Virus genome (UHGV): UHGV-0084588
DNA from: a virus
DNA length: 64,000 nt
Strand: one strand, 5' to 3'
Both the position numbers and the translations under genes were made by a program. Positions 1-9,616 of the stretch are shown here, one piece after another. Position 1 is the first letter of the stretch. Each line of letters begins with the position of its first letter. Under the pieces are notes generated by a model. That model saw only the letters and a program-made list of their open reading frames with translations. It made no database searches and was not told where the DNA came from.

Positions 1-848
1 GCTCTGACCCCCAGCGAGGGGGTGGGGATCGGTGAGCGGTATTTTCCGGAAAAACCGAAATTCGTACCCGGGGTATTTCACCAGGGTAAAATCCCCACCT
101 GGGGGATCGGGTAGGGGTGTACCCGACCGGGGGTAAAACCCCATTCCCCTTTTTCGAACGTTAAAACCCTATGGTATGTTCGGAGGATTTGCGTGGGGTG
201 ATTTACAAATCCGACCACGAAGATTTTTCGGAGTTCAGGAGTTTACTGCTCACAGCTCAAACACGATTTCTGTCTGCGAAGATTCAGCAGAGCTCGAAGC
301 CCCCTGACCGGGTGTTGGTTTGGGGGTTGTTTTTTCGAGTGCATGGAATTTATTTCACCGTGTACTGGGAAAAACAAAACGTTCAGCCTAACACTGGAGT
401 TTGTTTTACTATGGGGTTTGAAAATCGATTTGCGAATCGAATTTACCCCGAGGGATTTTTGGAATCCCCAGAGTTCAGGTGCTCGGTACCGTTCCCCGAC
501 TTACGAGTGTTGGGGAGCCCGCGCTATCAGTGACGCGTGGACCACATGAGAAAATCCGAGTGAACCGTGGCAGCCTCTGGGAGCGACGTTGGCGAAAGGT
601 CCGTAGAACTTACCTGCGGGCAGCCGACGGTGGGATACGCTCCCAGAGGTGCGGCCAGAATGCGAATTACGACGTTGCGTCGAATGACCCTGCTCCAGGT
701 AGCGCTGGCAGTGTGATGTCCTCTAGCTTGACGGCTCGCAAAGACGAGAGGGGTGCGTACTCCCGTTGAGAAACGCCGGTACGCAGCTGAATTATTTTTT
801 ACGGAGTTTCCTGTTGGTGTGACACAAATCACGGCAGGAGATTTTAAT
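1..848. other. GC-rich non-coding region with G/C-tract repeats and a 12-bp inverted repeat (574-585 / 638-649); no convincing CDS
   Basis: Only short ORFs without RBS; repeated units such as gtacccggggta...aaatcccc and gtacccgaccgggggtaaaacccc in 1-170; perfect inverted repeat cctctgggagcg / cgctcccagagg. Confidence 0.4.
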
Positions 849-1166
849 ATGACTTTGAATAATACGTCCAACTTGTATCTGGTGCATTCCTCAGACGGCA
901 AGCGAACCATTCTGGTTCATGCTGAATCGCATCGCGAGGCTGGCGAGCTTTGGGATGGCGACGAACAAGTTACGTTGCAAGTCGATCGACTTCTGGGCGG
1001 TACTTACCAGTTCACAGGCTCTCCGGTAATCTTGGCTGAAGTTGATGGGGCTGTAGCCACTGCTGGTGTTATCAGCACGCAGTTTTTCGTGTATGTCCCT
1101 GACGGGAAAACGCCCACAGCAGACGGCTTATCGCTGCTACAGCAGGCCGATGTAGGAATTCTGTGA
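849..1166 (+). CDS. hypothetical protein (105 aa)
   Basis: ATG at 849 preceded by aggag RBS; stop overlaps start of next gene (TGATG). Confidence 0.5.
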   Translation: MTLNNTSNLYLVHSSDGKRTILVHAESHREAGELWDGDEQVTLQVDRLLGGTYQFTGSPVILAEVDGAVATAGVISTQFFVYVPDGKTPTADGLSLLQQADVGIL

Positions 1167-1666
1167 TGACCACGATTGTTTTTGACGGAAAGACGTTAGC
1201 TTGTGATGGCCAAGTCACCGTGGAAGACCGAAGCGCTGCCACGCAATACCGTAAGATTCACACGCCGCCTGAGGGTACGACGTGGAAGCTTTTGGGTGAA
1301 GACGTGAAAGCGATTGGTTTGGCAGGTGATGTCGCCGCATTGCAATCCGTGCGTCAAGAACTCACGCTTGAACGTTTCGGCGGCATCGAACGGGGTGGGG
1401 TTCGTTTTGAAACGACGTATCCCGAACAGATTGAATTTATCGTACTTGCTGTTTTGACAGACGGGCGTGTTATCGACGCCTCGAAGTGCAAAGACAACAA
1501 ATACGCCAGCTACGTGTTTGTAGAACCGCCGTATGCGATAGGCTCAGGTGCTCACTATGCCCTGGGTGCATTAGGCGCTGGCGTTGACGCCCCCACTGCG
1601 GTGGAAGTGGCGAAACGTTACGACCTGTACAGCGGTGGTCAAACGCAAACACTTAAGCTGTTTTGA
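1166..1666 (+). CDS. HslV-like / proteasome beta-type Ntn-hydrolase peptidase
   Basis: N-terminus M-TTIV...DGQ(V)T matches HslV TTIVSV...GDGQAT; Lys near position 30; AIGSGA motif matches HslV AIGSGG; about 166 aa, similar to HslV length. Confidence 0.7.
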   Translation: MTTIVFDGKTLACDGQVTVEDRSAATQYRKIHTPPEGTTWKLLGEDVKAIGLAGDVAALQSVRQELTLERFGGIERGGVRFETTYPEQIEFIVLAVLTDGRVIDASKCKDNKYASYVFVEPPYAIGSGAHYALGALGAGVDAPTAVEVAKRYDLYSGGQTQTLKLF

Positions 1667-1675
1667 TGTATAAAG

Positions 1676-1748
1676 ACCATTGAAGTTAGAGGAATTAACA
1701 CCCGACTAATAATCGGTTATTTCGCAGGTTCGAATCCTGTCATTGGTC
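1676..1748 (+). tRNA. tRNA-like element (73 nt), anticodon loop cu-AAU-aa, identity uncertain
   Basis: Canonical T-arm gcagg-TTCGAAT-cctgt, 7-bp acceptor stem with one U-U mismatch, D-stem gtta/taac with GG in loop; atypical A8 and weak anticodon stem. Confidence 0.45.
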
Positions 1749-2384
1749 TCCCGAATTAGAGCAGTCGTACAGTGGGTAGATTTTCCCGTCAGCCTTCAAC
1801 TGAGATACGTCTGCTCTGATAACTTCTGCTCTTGCTCACGGGTAGAAAGCTCCTTAAAAACGTGTAAACACCTACCGATTAAGTTCGGACTTACGTTTAG
1901 GGCCGTAGGGTCCTGGTAGCACGACTACCGAAACGGTTGTACGGTGGGAGGATATCCTCCCACCTGCATCCATCAAGAATTTAATTATTGGGTTTTCCCC
2001 TAAGTGTAACGTGAATACCCTGTAATGTGAATTGAGAGTTACGTGTTAACTCGACGGTACCGGTCGTTGATTTTTTAGTAAACCTTCATCGTCCCATGTC
2101 TGCTGCATTTGGCTGGTACTGAACTTTGTCGCTAAGCCTGGTGAGGTGGCTACACACCGAGGCTGGGGCTCGACACCCGTTAGCGGCACCCTTTTTGCGT
2201 TATTGTCAGTATTCTGAAGCTGTGTTCAGTGACAATAGCGTTTTTTATTCGCGTTGGCGTTTGTACCATTGCTGCCACTGCCTGCTGCGCCTCAACAAAC
2301 GGTCAACGCGTCCCACTAACCCACACGTCGGGGTATAGCGACGTACAACAGAACGAGTAGTAGTAACAGAACGAGGTAACAGAA
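1749..2384 (+). other. structured non-coding region with multiple hairpins
   Basis: No ORF with RBS; perfect hairpin ggtgggagg-atat-cctcccacc (1945-1966); tattgtcag...ctgacaata stem (2201-2238). Confidence 0.35.
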
Positions 2385-3032
2385 ATGCTTACAGTAAAAC
2401 GCATCATTAACGGCGACCGTGTCATCACTGTTCACGAACGTGTACGTTTAGGTGACAAAATGTCCCGTGTTTACAAAGAAGCACTTAAAATCGTTAACGG
2501 CGAAGATAATGAATTGTGTTTTGATAACGCGATTGATTTGCCGAGAAAACCGAAACAGGTAGGTTATACAGCTTTAACTGATATGTCCGTAGAGGAACAG
2601 AAAAGCACCTTGGCCAACCTGCATCCGTTTTTGCACAATGTGTCAGATTGGACCGTTGTCATTGGAGGTCGACCTATTCCAGAGGATGTACCACGTGTGG
2701 TGATCGTTAACCCACGTATGCCGTCCTTCGAAGAAAAGAATTCGCCAGTCGACGAAATTTATATTCCTGGCAATAATTTCTATTGCCGGTTTTGTGGCTT
2801 TACACAGCGTGAAATGACGTATGTGATGCCAGCTCAAGAAATCCAATTAGTCCGCGAGCTGATTAACGAAGATGGTGATACCTTCTATCAGAATCAGCTC
2901 CGTAGCGGTAAGCACTCGGTTGACGAGGCGATTGGCGTTTTACTCGTCGACGATGCTTACGAATTTTTCTATCCAGGGGATGTGGTTTACATCATGAACA
3001 ATGAAGGTAAAACCATTGATACCCTGCGATAA
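2385..3032 (+). CDS. hypothetical protein (215 aa)
   Basis: ATG with RBS cgaggtaacagaa; followed by terminator-like hairpins. Confidence 0.6.
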   Translation: MLTVKRIINGDRVITVHERVRLGDKMSRVYKEALKIVNGEDNELCFDNAIDLPRKPKQVGYTALTDMSVEEQKSTLANLHPFLHNVSDWTVVIGGRPIPEDVPRVVIVNPRMPSFEEKNSPVDEIYIPGNNFYCRFCGFTQREMTYVMPAQEIQLVRELINEDGDTFYQNQLRSGKHSVDEAIGVLLVDDAYEFFYPGDVVYIMNNEGKTIDTLR

Positions 3033-3135
3033 CCAGTTTAGCTCCGCCGAAAGCTAAAAGCCCACCCTTCGAGAACGCCCATTCTCATGCCCTGAAGGGT
3101 TTTAATCCTGTAGTTTCATTGCCGATGACAGGGAA

Positions 3136-3176
3136 CGTACCTACCTCCGAAAGGGGGTAGGTATATTCTTTTTTAT
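3136..3176 (+). terminator. rho-independent terminator
   Basis: hairpin cctacc-tccgaaaggg-ggtagg followed by T-run. Confidence 0.55.
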
Positions 3177-3187
3177 CGCAAATTTTT

Positions 3188-3205
3188 AGAGATAGATGTT
3201 ACCTG
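3188..3205 (+). promoter_or_regulatory. candidate phage promoter, ATATATTACCT-family variant (agagatagatgttacctg)
   Basis: Resembles the 27-mer at 54336 and 62590; about 50 bp upstream of CDS 3257. Confidence 0.35.
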
Positions 3206-3256
3206 TATGAACGTTGGTACTAAGCGTTTTAATTCGACTTTTTAGGAGCAGGTAAA

Positions 3257-3697
3257 ATGAAAATAGATGCCATTGAAGGTTTGATGTGTTTGGGGTATTC
3301 GTTTGATGAAGCGGCTGTTATTCGACCGTTTTTGTCACGCCATTTCTCAGTGTGGCAAGCATTACCCAATGATGGTCCGACTGGTAAATTAGTAGAACGA
3401 TTTGTTGAGCGGGTGTTGAATCGTAATCGGAATGAATTTAGTTTACGGTGGGCGGATGGGAAAGAACGCAAGCACTTAAACCCAAGCCCTTGGTGTATGT
3501 TGGTGTTTCGTTGTGATGACGAAGAATTTACGTTCCCAGCTATTGAATTTGTAAGGCGGTACGGGTTAGCAATTTACACAGAGTTAGGAACAAACGGCGC
3601 AGGTCGGGTATTAGTTTACGACCGAGGCGAGCTACGGATTAAAACGAAACAGTTGGCGGAGCTTTACCACGAGCGTCACGCCGTAGAATTAGTATAA
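3257..3697 (+). CDS. hypothetical protein (146 aa)
   Basis: ATG with RBS aggagcaggtaaa; terminator downstream. Confidence 0.6.
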   Translation: MKIDAIEGLMCLGYSFDEAAVIRPFLSRHFSVWQALPNDGPTGKLVERFVERVLNRNRNEFSLRWADGKERKHLNPSPWCMLVFRCDDEEFTFPAIEFVRRYGLAIYTELGTNGAGRVLVYDRGELRIKTKQLAELYHERHAVELV

Positions 3698-3723
3698 CTA
3701 TAAATCAGCTATAGAGGGTGATT

Positions 3724-3750
3724 AGGGGACTATACGTCCCCTTTTTTTTG
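3724..3750 (+). terminator. rho-independent terminator
   Basis: hairpin ggggac-tata-cgtcccc followed by TTTTTTTT. Confidence 0.65.
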
Positions 3751-3790
3751 ATTTTTACGGTACTGGTATGTATTTATAGGAGGTGGTACC

Positions 3791-4195
3791 GTGAACGTCG
3801 AAGAACCACATTACGATTTTTATAGTTTGTTAGAGAACAACATCTTTCCAGAACGGATTTTAGTTCGCAGTCGTTTAGACGATTTGATTCTGTATACGCT
3901 CTTGCCTATACTGGCAAATCACCCTGAGTTTAAAGCATGGCTTACTGAAATGAAATCCATTGACGAACCTGCTTTGCTACTAAACGATGAGGTTCCGGTA
4001 ATACGCACGAATTACCACCTTACGCGAACGGAGGTCCATGCGATTACCCCGAAACTAGTTAATTCGTTTATGTGTGAATTAGCCAACGGGATAAAACGTC
4101 AACAGATACCGTTAGTTGAAGCTTTCTCTGTGTTATTGGATGCGGTATACAGTTTCCAGTACCAGGCAACCAATAAGCTGTCAAATATCCATTGA
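3791..4195 (+). CDS. hypothetical protein (134 aa), GTG start
   Basis: GTG preceded by ataggaggtggtacc RBS. Confidence 0.55.
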   Translation: MNVEEPHYDFYSLLENNIFPERILVRSRLDDLILYTLLPILANHPEFKAWLTEMKSIDEPALLLNDEVPVIRTNYHLTRTEVHAITPKLVNSFMCELANGIKRQQIPLVEAFSVLLDAVYSFQYQATNKLSNIH

Positions 4196-4214
4196 GTTAT
4201 AGTGGGAGAGAAAA

Positions 4215-4595
4215 ATGAATACTACACTGCGTCCACTGGACGTGATTTTGGTGCATCCGGACGCATTGAGTAAAATTAAGATTCGGAGCCAGCTCGACGA
4301 GAAGCTGCTTTCGTCTTTGGAATGGGGTTTTGTAATGCACCCCGGTGAGTATAAAAACACGCGATACAATGATGTTCCAGAAGGTAGCGTGATAGATTGG
4401 TCTGTGCCGGAAGGGTTTGAAGATGTCGTTCAGTACATGGCTGAAATGACGGTGCCCTACACGTTACCGATTGCGGGACCTGCGGAGAATATCATTAGCC
4501 TACGCAGATTGGTGAATGCACAACCTGAAAACATCCGTAATGGGGTGGCGTGGACGACAGGAACGGCATGTCATTTGAAGAATATGTTGCAGTGA
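4215..4595 (+). CDS. hypothetical protein (126 aa)
   Basis: ATG with RBS gggagagaaaa. Confidence 0.6.
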   Translation: MNTTLRPLDVILVHPDALSKIKIRSQLDEKLLSSLEWGFVMHPGEYKNTRYNDVPEGSVIDWSVPEGFEDVVQYMAEMTVPYTLPIAGPAENIISLRRLVNAQPENIRNGVAWTTGTACHLKNMLQ

Positions 4596-4602
4596 AAGAA
4601 TA

Positions 4603-4649
4603 GTACCCACTACTCGTTTCGGAGTAGTGGGTAGGTTTTCTTTTTTTTT
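4603..4649 (+). terminator. rho-independent terminator
   Basis: hairpin acccactactc-gtttcg-gagtagtgggt followed by a long T-run. Confidence 0.7.
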
Positions 4650-4650
4650 G

Positions 4651-5463
4651 TTACGATTTGAAACGACCGCCTGACATGTAGTTGTAACGGTTGCCCGAGT
4701 CGTCGTTGTGCACCATCGCACGTTGCAGACGTGGTAAATTGTCGTTGAACATTTCACCCGCATCGGAATAGCCTTCGATGACATTTTTAAACGCACCGAA
4801 TTCCATACCATTTTCGAGACGACCAGAATCCATGTCGAAAATCATTTTGTTGTAGATATACTGTTTTGTGGCGTAAAGTGCCATATCCGCAACAACCGGA
4901 TAGAAAGCCGGTTTGATTTCGTTTAAGTCTTCGGACATTTCGAATTTAACCTGGAGTTTGGTCGCATAAACGAACATGCCGGGGTCTTTGATTTTAATAG
5001 TGTTAGGTCCAAGCTTTTTCACCTCAGGTGAAGAAATGCGCGGCATTGCGGATTGACTATCCACCACCTGTTGAGTGGAGGCTAGTACACCAGACGTTGC
5101 ACCATCTAGATAAGACCCGGCAGGTGGTAAGGTATAGGCTTGTCCTGCCACTGGCGTGACGGCCATATGGACATCAAGTATTGGACGCCCGCCGGTTTTC
5201 ATATCGTCCAGGTAATAGATACGTGAGTAATAGTCCTGGGTGTCGTTTTCAAAAGGGAGACCCTGTAAATCGATCTCAGTATACTGACCTAAACGAGAGA
5301 CTTCTGGAATTAAGTATTCTCGAAAAACCTTTTGAGTGATTTCATTATCCAACGAACTGGCAACACCAAAGTTGCGAAGATTTTGAGGTACAAAAGCCGC
5401 ACGAAGAATCGGTTCGGGAATTTCACGACGTATTCTCCGTAGACAGTAGTCGATGACGCTCAT
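4651..5463 (-). CDS. hypothetical protein (270 aa)
   Basis: Minus-strand ORF with aggag RBS upstream of ATG (reverse complement of 5464-5480). Confidence 0.55.
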   Translation of the reverse strand: MSVIDYCLRRIRREIPEPILRAAFVPQNLRNFGVASSLDNEITQKVFREYLIPEVSRLGQYTEIDLQGLPFENDTQDYYSRIYYLDDMKTGGRPILDVHMAVTPVAGQAYTLPPAGSYLDGATSGVLASTQQVVDSQSAMPRISSPEVKKLGPNTIKIKDPGMFVYATKLQVKFEMSEDLNEIKPAFYPVVADMALYATKQYIYNKMIFDMDSGRLENGMEFGAFKNVIEGYSDAGEMFNDNLPRLQRAMVHNDDSGNRYNYMSGGRFKS

Positions 5464-5584
5464 TGCGTGCTCCTAATAGGCTCTGTAAAACGGTTCATAG
5501 GATCGGGTAATAGTCCAACCCTGCCTTACTAAAAAATACACTCTGTGCCCTTCCTGTGCGCACTATACTCGAATAATTTTTGTA

Positions 5585-5597
5585 TAGATATTATCTT
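5585..5597 (+). promoter_or_regulatory. palindromic TAGATATTATCT motif (candidate promoter/operator)
   Basis: Same motif family as 13388, 13468 and 27097; 33 bp upstream of CDS 5630. Confidence 0.4.
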
Positions 5598-5629
5598 AAT
5601 GATGTTCCCTTAAAGGAGTATTAACGTTA

Positions 5630-5953
5630 ATGACGCGCGTGCTATTTGGTTTTCTGCTAGACTCTAGCCATTCAGTTCGCTATCGTCCTGAGGAGATTTT
5701 AGAAGCGATACAAGAACTGATTTTTCCGGGTGTTCACAATTTACCTGGAGATCGCTTGAAGGTGGCAGAAAGATATTTTGGTTCGGATGCGTGGTTTATG
5801 ATCAGTGCGTTGGGTCGTGACCACAATAGTCCTTTCTCTTATAAAAATGGAGTTGTGCAAACGTGGTCAAAATACACTTCAATCCAGCTACAGTTTATCA
5901 TAACTTCTGGACAGCGATGGAAAAAACATCCTACGCTTCCGCTTTGCGGATGA
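5630..5953 (+). CDS. hypothetical protein (107 aa)
   Basis: ATG preceded by conserved taaaggagtatta RBS context; stop overlaps next start (ATGA). Confidence 0.55.
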   Translation: MTRVLFGFLLDSSHSVRYRPEEILEAIQELIFPGVHNLPGDRLKVAERYFGSDAWFMISALGRDHNSPFSYKNGVVQTWSKYTSIQLQFIITSGQRWKKHPTLPLCG

Positions 5954-6489
5954 CAGTAAAAGAAAAACAGGCCGTTACTGTACAACTGATACACACAGCA
6001 TTAGAGGATATTTTTCACTCAATCCCCAGAATGCCGAATAGTCGGCTGCCGGATTTTTTAGACCAGTTCACGGATGCTTACACCCTAACGAATTTACTGG
6101 TTGCAGATGGTCGTGTAAAACCACCTAAAACAGTGAAGTGTCGTCAGGTTCTTGTCCATCGTTCAGCGTTTGGTGAAGTTGCAACAGAACAAGAGCGTGA
6201 GGTTTGTGTGCTACGTTCGAAAACATATCTCTTGGGATTGGCGTTTGATGACTGCTACGACGTTTTGTTGTGTGAGGTCGAATCTTTAGTTAGGGAAGGG
6301 TTTGAGGCTGTCGGGGAAGTTTTCAATCCTTATTTAACGGTTGAGATTGAACCACACCTTACGCCGAGAGGTCAAATTGCGATGATGGAGCTTCGTCTTG
6401 GAGAAGATATCCGATTTATCCACTACCGGAACTGTTTCCCGGATAAAAGATACGATCCGGATTACCTTACTCGATCACGTGACGTATAA
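5950..6489 (+). CDS. hypothetical protein (about 179 aa); start chosen at the ATGA overlap rather than ORF-track start 5863
   Basis: In-frame ATG at 5950 overlapping upstream stop; translational coupling pattern. Confidence 0.5.
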   Translation: MTVKEKQAVTVQLIHTALEDIFHSIPRMPNSRLPDFLDQFTDAYTLTNLLVADGRVKPPKTVKCRQVLVHRSAFGEVATEQEREVCVLRSKTYLLGLAFDDCYDVLLCEVESLVREGFEAVGEVFNPYLTVEIEPHLTPRGQIAMMELRLGEDIRFIHYRNCFPDKRYDPDYLTRSRDV

Positions 6490-6829
6490 GGCGTATCAAC
6501 GTATACTCGCGGACGAAAGGTTGTCATCGTATTCAGGGACAGATGCTGAACAGTTAAAATATGTCATACTGTCCCTACTGGAGTATCTCATTCCTAATTT
6601 TACGGAATCGGGAATGTGGGATGCTAACTGTGCTGCAACGATAGTACGGTCTTATCGACCTCGGTCTACAGAGGAAGATGTTCGTCTGATAACGTCTTAC
6701 GTCCGTGGTGCACTGTGTGAGGAAATGGGCATTCCTCCCAAAGGGTGGCGTTTTTATTATCGGATAGACGGACATTTTCTTCGTTTTATTCCAAAGAAGG
6801 TAACGGATATTTATGACGATCTTTATTGA
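6398..6829 (+). CDS. hypothetical protein; true start uncertain (possible GTG near 6479)
   Basis: ORF overlaps upstream gene by about 90 nt if started at 6398. Confidence 0.4.
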   Translation: MEKISDLSTTGTVSRIKDTIRITLLDHVTYKAYQRILADERLSSYSGTDAEQLKYVILSLLEYLIPNFTESGMWDANCAATIVRSYRPRSTEEDVRLITSYVRGALCEEMGIPPKGWRFYYRIDGHFLRFIPKKVTDIYDDLY

Positions 6830-7214
6830 GTTTCCGTGGACAACCGCAGAAATTCTGAAGGTAGTAAAACGAGCCGCCTATCTTCAATACCTGGATGTTT
6901 CGGATACAGTAGATTATTACGTAGAACAGCTCGTTAGGCTGGAGGTGTTACGTCGAAAGTATTGCATCGACGAACTTACAGTACGTGAGCTGTTTGCTGA
7001 TATTATTCGTCGGTATCCGATTGTAGAATCGGAGAGTCCGAACAGTTACTGTATTAATCAAGTTATTGAAGTTGAGCTTCTGAATTCAGTGTCGTTATGG
7101 GCGCGACTTGAAGAGGAAGTGGTCGTTTTACCGAATGAAGGTTTTCTTCTGTTCCACACAGGTTCTGGCGTTTGGCGAATGTTTACAACAGGAGGGGTAG
7201 CGTATGGGGCGTGA
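6813..7214 (+). CDS. hypothetical protein (133 aa)
   Basis: ATG overlapping upstream stop; part of a run of coupled small genes. Confidence 0.5.
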   Translation: MTIFIEFPWTTAEILKVVKRAAYLQYLDVSDTVDYYVEQLVRLEVLRRKYCIDELTVRELFADIIRRYPIVESESPNSYCINQVIEVELLNSVSLWARLEEEVVVLPNEGFLLFHTGSGVWRMFTTGGVAYGA

Positions 7215-7713
7215 GAGCTATTTTATCATACCTGACTACCAATTTATTTGCGGACCGCTGACGGAGTTTGATCCGAACGCGATATTGCGCGAAATCTGTA
7301 CCGATTTAAATACGGTACTGAATTATGTTTGGGAGTATGCGTTAACGGGGCACTTCCCGGAGTTAAATCGTTACGCGTTACAAGGAACGTTTGATTTTAT
7401 TGGACGGGAACTTAACAGCCATGGCGTTTTGTTGGAGGGTGAGCGTGCGCTGGAATATGTAAGAGCGACGCAGGAGGTAGCGAAGGCTTTTGTGACAGCG
7501 GTGTCGACGGAGCCGTACTGGTTTACACGATACGGCCAGTGGGTAGGTGCACGTTATTGTGCACAAAAGCCTGGCGCGGTAGAGTTCCTTGTAAGGTATG
7601 AACAGGTGAAGTATCCGGAATACGAGGAACCCGCTTTGTTACAACAAATGACCCCAAAATTGCAAACGCTTACAGAAATGTTGCTGGGTAATCTGGCTGG
7701 GAAGGTCTTATAA
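7204..7713 (+). CDS. hypothetical protein (169 aa)
   Basis: ATG with RBS ggagggg; stop overlaps next start (TAATG). Confidence 0.55.
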   Translation: MGRESYFIIPDYQFICGPLTEFDPNAILREICTDLNTVLNYVWEYALTGHFPELNRYALQGTFDFIGRELNSHGVLLEGERALEYVRATQEVAKAFVTAVSTEPYWFTRYGQWVGARYCAQKPGAVEFLVRYEQVKYPEYEEPALLQQMTPKLQTLTEMLLGNLAGKVL

Positions 7714-8219
7714 TGCAGTATGTTTATTACGTCGCACAAGAGGTACAAAGTTACGGCAGAACCCGTTTTTACGAAGCAGTACGGGACGTGTTAGTGGACG
7801 TTTTAGAAACGAATCGTTTAGACGTTTTCGAGCACGATATTCGGCGACTCTATGAGGATTTCGGTACCGCATACATCATTGCGGCGAAGTCCTATAATCC
7901 TGAGTTGTTAAAAGAACTGCTTACCGTCACTGCATACGACGAAAATGTTATTCCTGGCGAAACCGTAGAAAGTATCACGTTTCTTTCTACGATAGGTGAT
8001 GAAGATAGCCATCTTGCGGCAATTTGTCACGCGGCGGATATTCTACAGCGTGAGCTCCAGTCGCAGACAGGATTGGCTGCGTTAATTAATTCTATGTTTC
8101 CTGGTTCACTGACGCGTTGGATTGGGGAAACATTCAGCGATCTGGTGTTGGTCTGCTATGAAACTGTTTATGGAAATTTCGGAAGTGTATCTCCCGGAAC
8201 GCCTACATTCGCGGGTTGA
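7713..8219 (+). CDS. hypothetical protein (168 aa)
   Basis: ATG at TAATG junction. Confidence 0.55.
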   Translation: MQYVYYVAQEVQSYGRTRFYEAVRDVLVDVLETNRLDVFEHDIRRLYEDFGTAYIIAAKSYNPELLKELLTVTAYDENVIPGETVESITFLSTIGDEDSHLAAICHAADILQRELQSQTGLAALINSMFPGSLTRWIGETFSDLVLVCYETVYGNFGSVSPGTPTFAG

Positions 8220-8589
8220 GAATGCGGATATTGGTTCGGTAGCACCATATATGGCGTATTGGTTCCTGGCGAAGTACGCAGAGGAATCTGTACGTTCAGT
8301 GGTACGTCGTTTGGGTGAGGGTGAAACGTTTCTGACGTTCATCCCACCCAATCACCAATTTATTTTCACACAACTAGCACAACTGTTCTCAGTCGATGAA
8401 GTGCGTATATTCTCCCATTCTTTGTTGCAGTTTGAAATAGAAAAGGATGTGGACTATTTTCGTATCCGTAATCTGGTCGAATCACTCTGGCAACAGTCTG
8501 GGTTAACGCTGGAAGAAGGATCGAAGAAAACCAAAGTATCTTTGTTTATGAATGAGATTGGGAGTGGTTTTATTTGCATAGAGGTTTGA
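8158..8589 (+). CDS. hypothetical protein; start uncertain (8122 or 8158)
   Basis: ORF overlapping the 3' end of the upstream gene. Confidence 0.4.
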   Translation: MKLFMEISEVYLPERLHSRVENADIGSVAPYMAYWFLAKYAEESVRSVVRRLGEGETFLTFIPPNHQFIFTQLAQLFSVDEVRIFSHSLLQFEIEKDVDYFRIRNLVESLWQQSGLTLEEGSKKTKVSLFMNEIGSGFICIEV

Positions 8590-9204
8590 ATGTACAAAGT
8601 ACGGGGTGATCACTTCATCCGTCCGAACTTAGGGTTACTGGAATACGCCACAGATGGCGATTTCTATAAAGATAAGTTAGTAAGAACCCTAATGCGCTTT
8701 CGCTGTATGCGAGTGTCTTTTCCTACAACGATAGAGACGGCGGATGAAGCAACGCGGTATATCAATACCGCGATTAGCGAGTTATCGAAAGCGTGTAACT
8801 TTCCTGGCAATAAAAGGGAACTGAAAGAGTTAGACAGTTACCTGAAACGGTTAAACGATGAATACCGGCAGTGGAAATTTAACTCAATGATGGAAACCAG
8901 TTATACGGAAGACATGATTGAGGATATGCGTCCCCTTCTGGAAATCTATGAGTTATGTAAAATACAAGGCGGGTCTTCTTGGGATGTGTTGCGTGAACAC
9001 GCGATAGAAATTCTTCGCGATAATATTCTCCAGATTTACGAGAATGATTGTCTACCCGCTATCCAGCTCTTTCGTGCCGCACACAAATGTGGTATTGAGA
9101 GCCTGTGTTTAAACTTATCGTTACACGATGACCTAGGTACCGTTTCAGGCGTTTACGTTACGTTCCATCTGGACATCACAATGTTGAGGAGTGATAATGT
9201 TTGA
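8590..9204 (+). CDS. hypothetical protein (204 aa)
   Basis: ATG immediately after upstream stop (TGAATG). Confidence 0.55.
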   Translation: MYKVRGDHFIRPNLGLLEYATDGDFYKDKLVRTLMRFRCMRVSFPTTIETADEATRYINTAISELSKACNFPGNKRELKELDSYLKRLNDEYRQWKFNSMMETSYTEDMIEDMRPLLEIYELCKIQGGSSWDVLREHAIEILRDNILQIYENDCLPAIQLFRAAHKCGIESLCLNLSLHDDLGTVSGVYVTFHLDITMLRSDNV

Positions 9205-9610
9205 TTTTAGTAACATTGAACCAGGGTCTATCGTAAATATTGTTTACGATACTCCGTTAAAAGGTAATGAAACGCGAGTGCGTGTACTCGCGTCTAAAGT
9301 CGGCTATGAGTTTGCAAAAACCGCAGGCGAAGACCTGGCTGCTATCCAGAAGAACATTTATTCGTCATTAGTAGCACAACCTTCAAATGACCTCACTGCG
9401 TATAACTATATGCTGTTCCGCGACTCTACAGGTAAGGTAGGCGTTGCGGCAGATGCGTGGGTGCGCGAAGTAAGGGTAATTACCAGTTTGACAGCACGTT
9501 TTGTTGTACAGCTCGATAACAAGCAAGAGAAAGAAGACCTGGAAGCTGCGTTGGCAGCACGTGGGTTTAATGATGTGGAAATCGAGATCATTGAAAACGC
9601 TGCGGGTTAA
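9197..9610 (+). CDS. hypothetical protein (about 137 aa)
   Basis: ATG at 9197 with gaggag RBS; terminator follows. Confidence 0.55.
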   Translation: MFDFSNIEPGSIVNIVYDTPLKGNETRVRVLASKVGYEFAKTAGEDLAAIQKNIYSSLVAQPSNDLTAYNYMLFRDSTGKVGVAADAWVREVRVITSLTARFVVQLDNKQEKEDLEAALAARGFNDVEIEIIENAAG

Positions 9611-9616
9611 TCGAAA

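Noticed and set aside
171-910. Short overlapping ORFs 171-533, 343-549, 479-769 and 527-910 (minus)
   Set aside because: No RBS, mutually overlapping frames and a GC/repeat-rich context; region treated as non-coding.
2385-9610. Specific functions for the run of small coupled genes
   Set aside because: No recognisable motifs; left as hypothetical rather than guessing.
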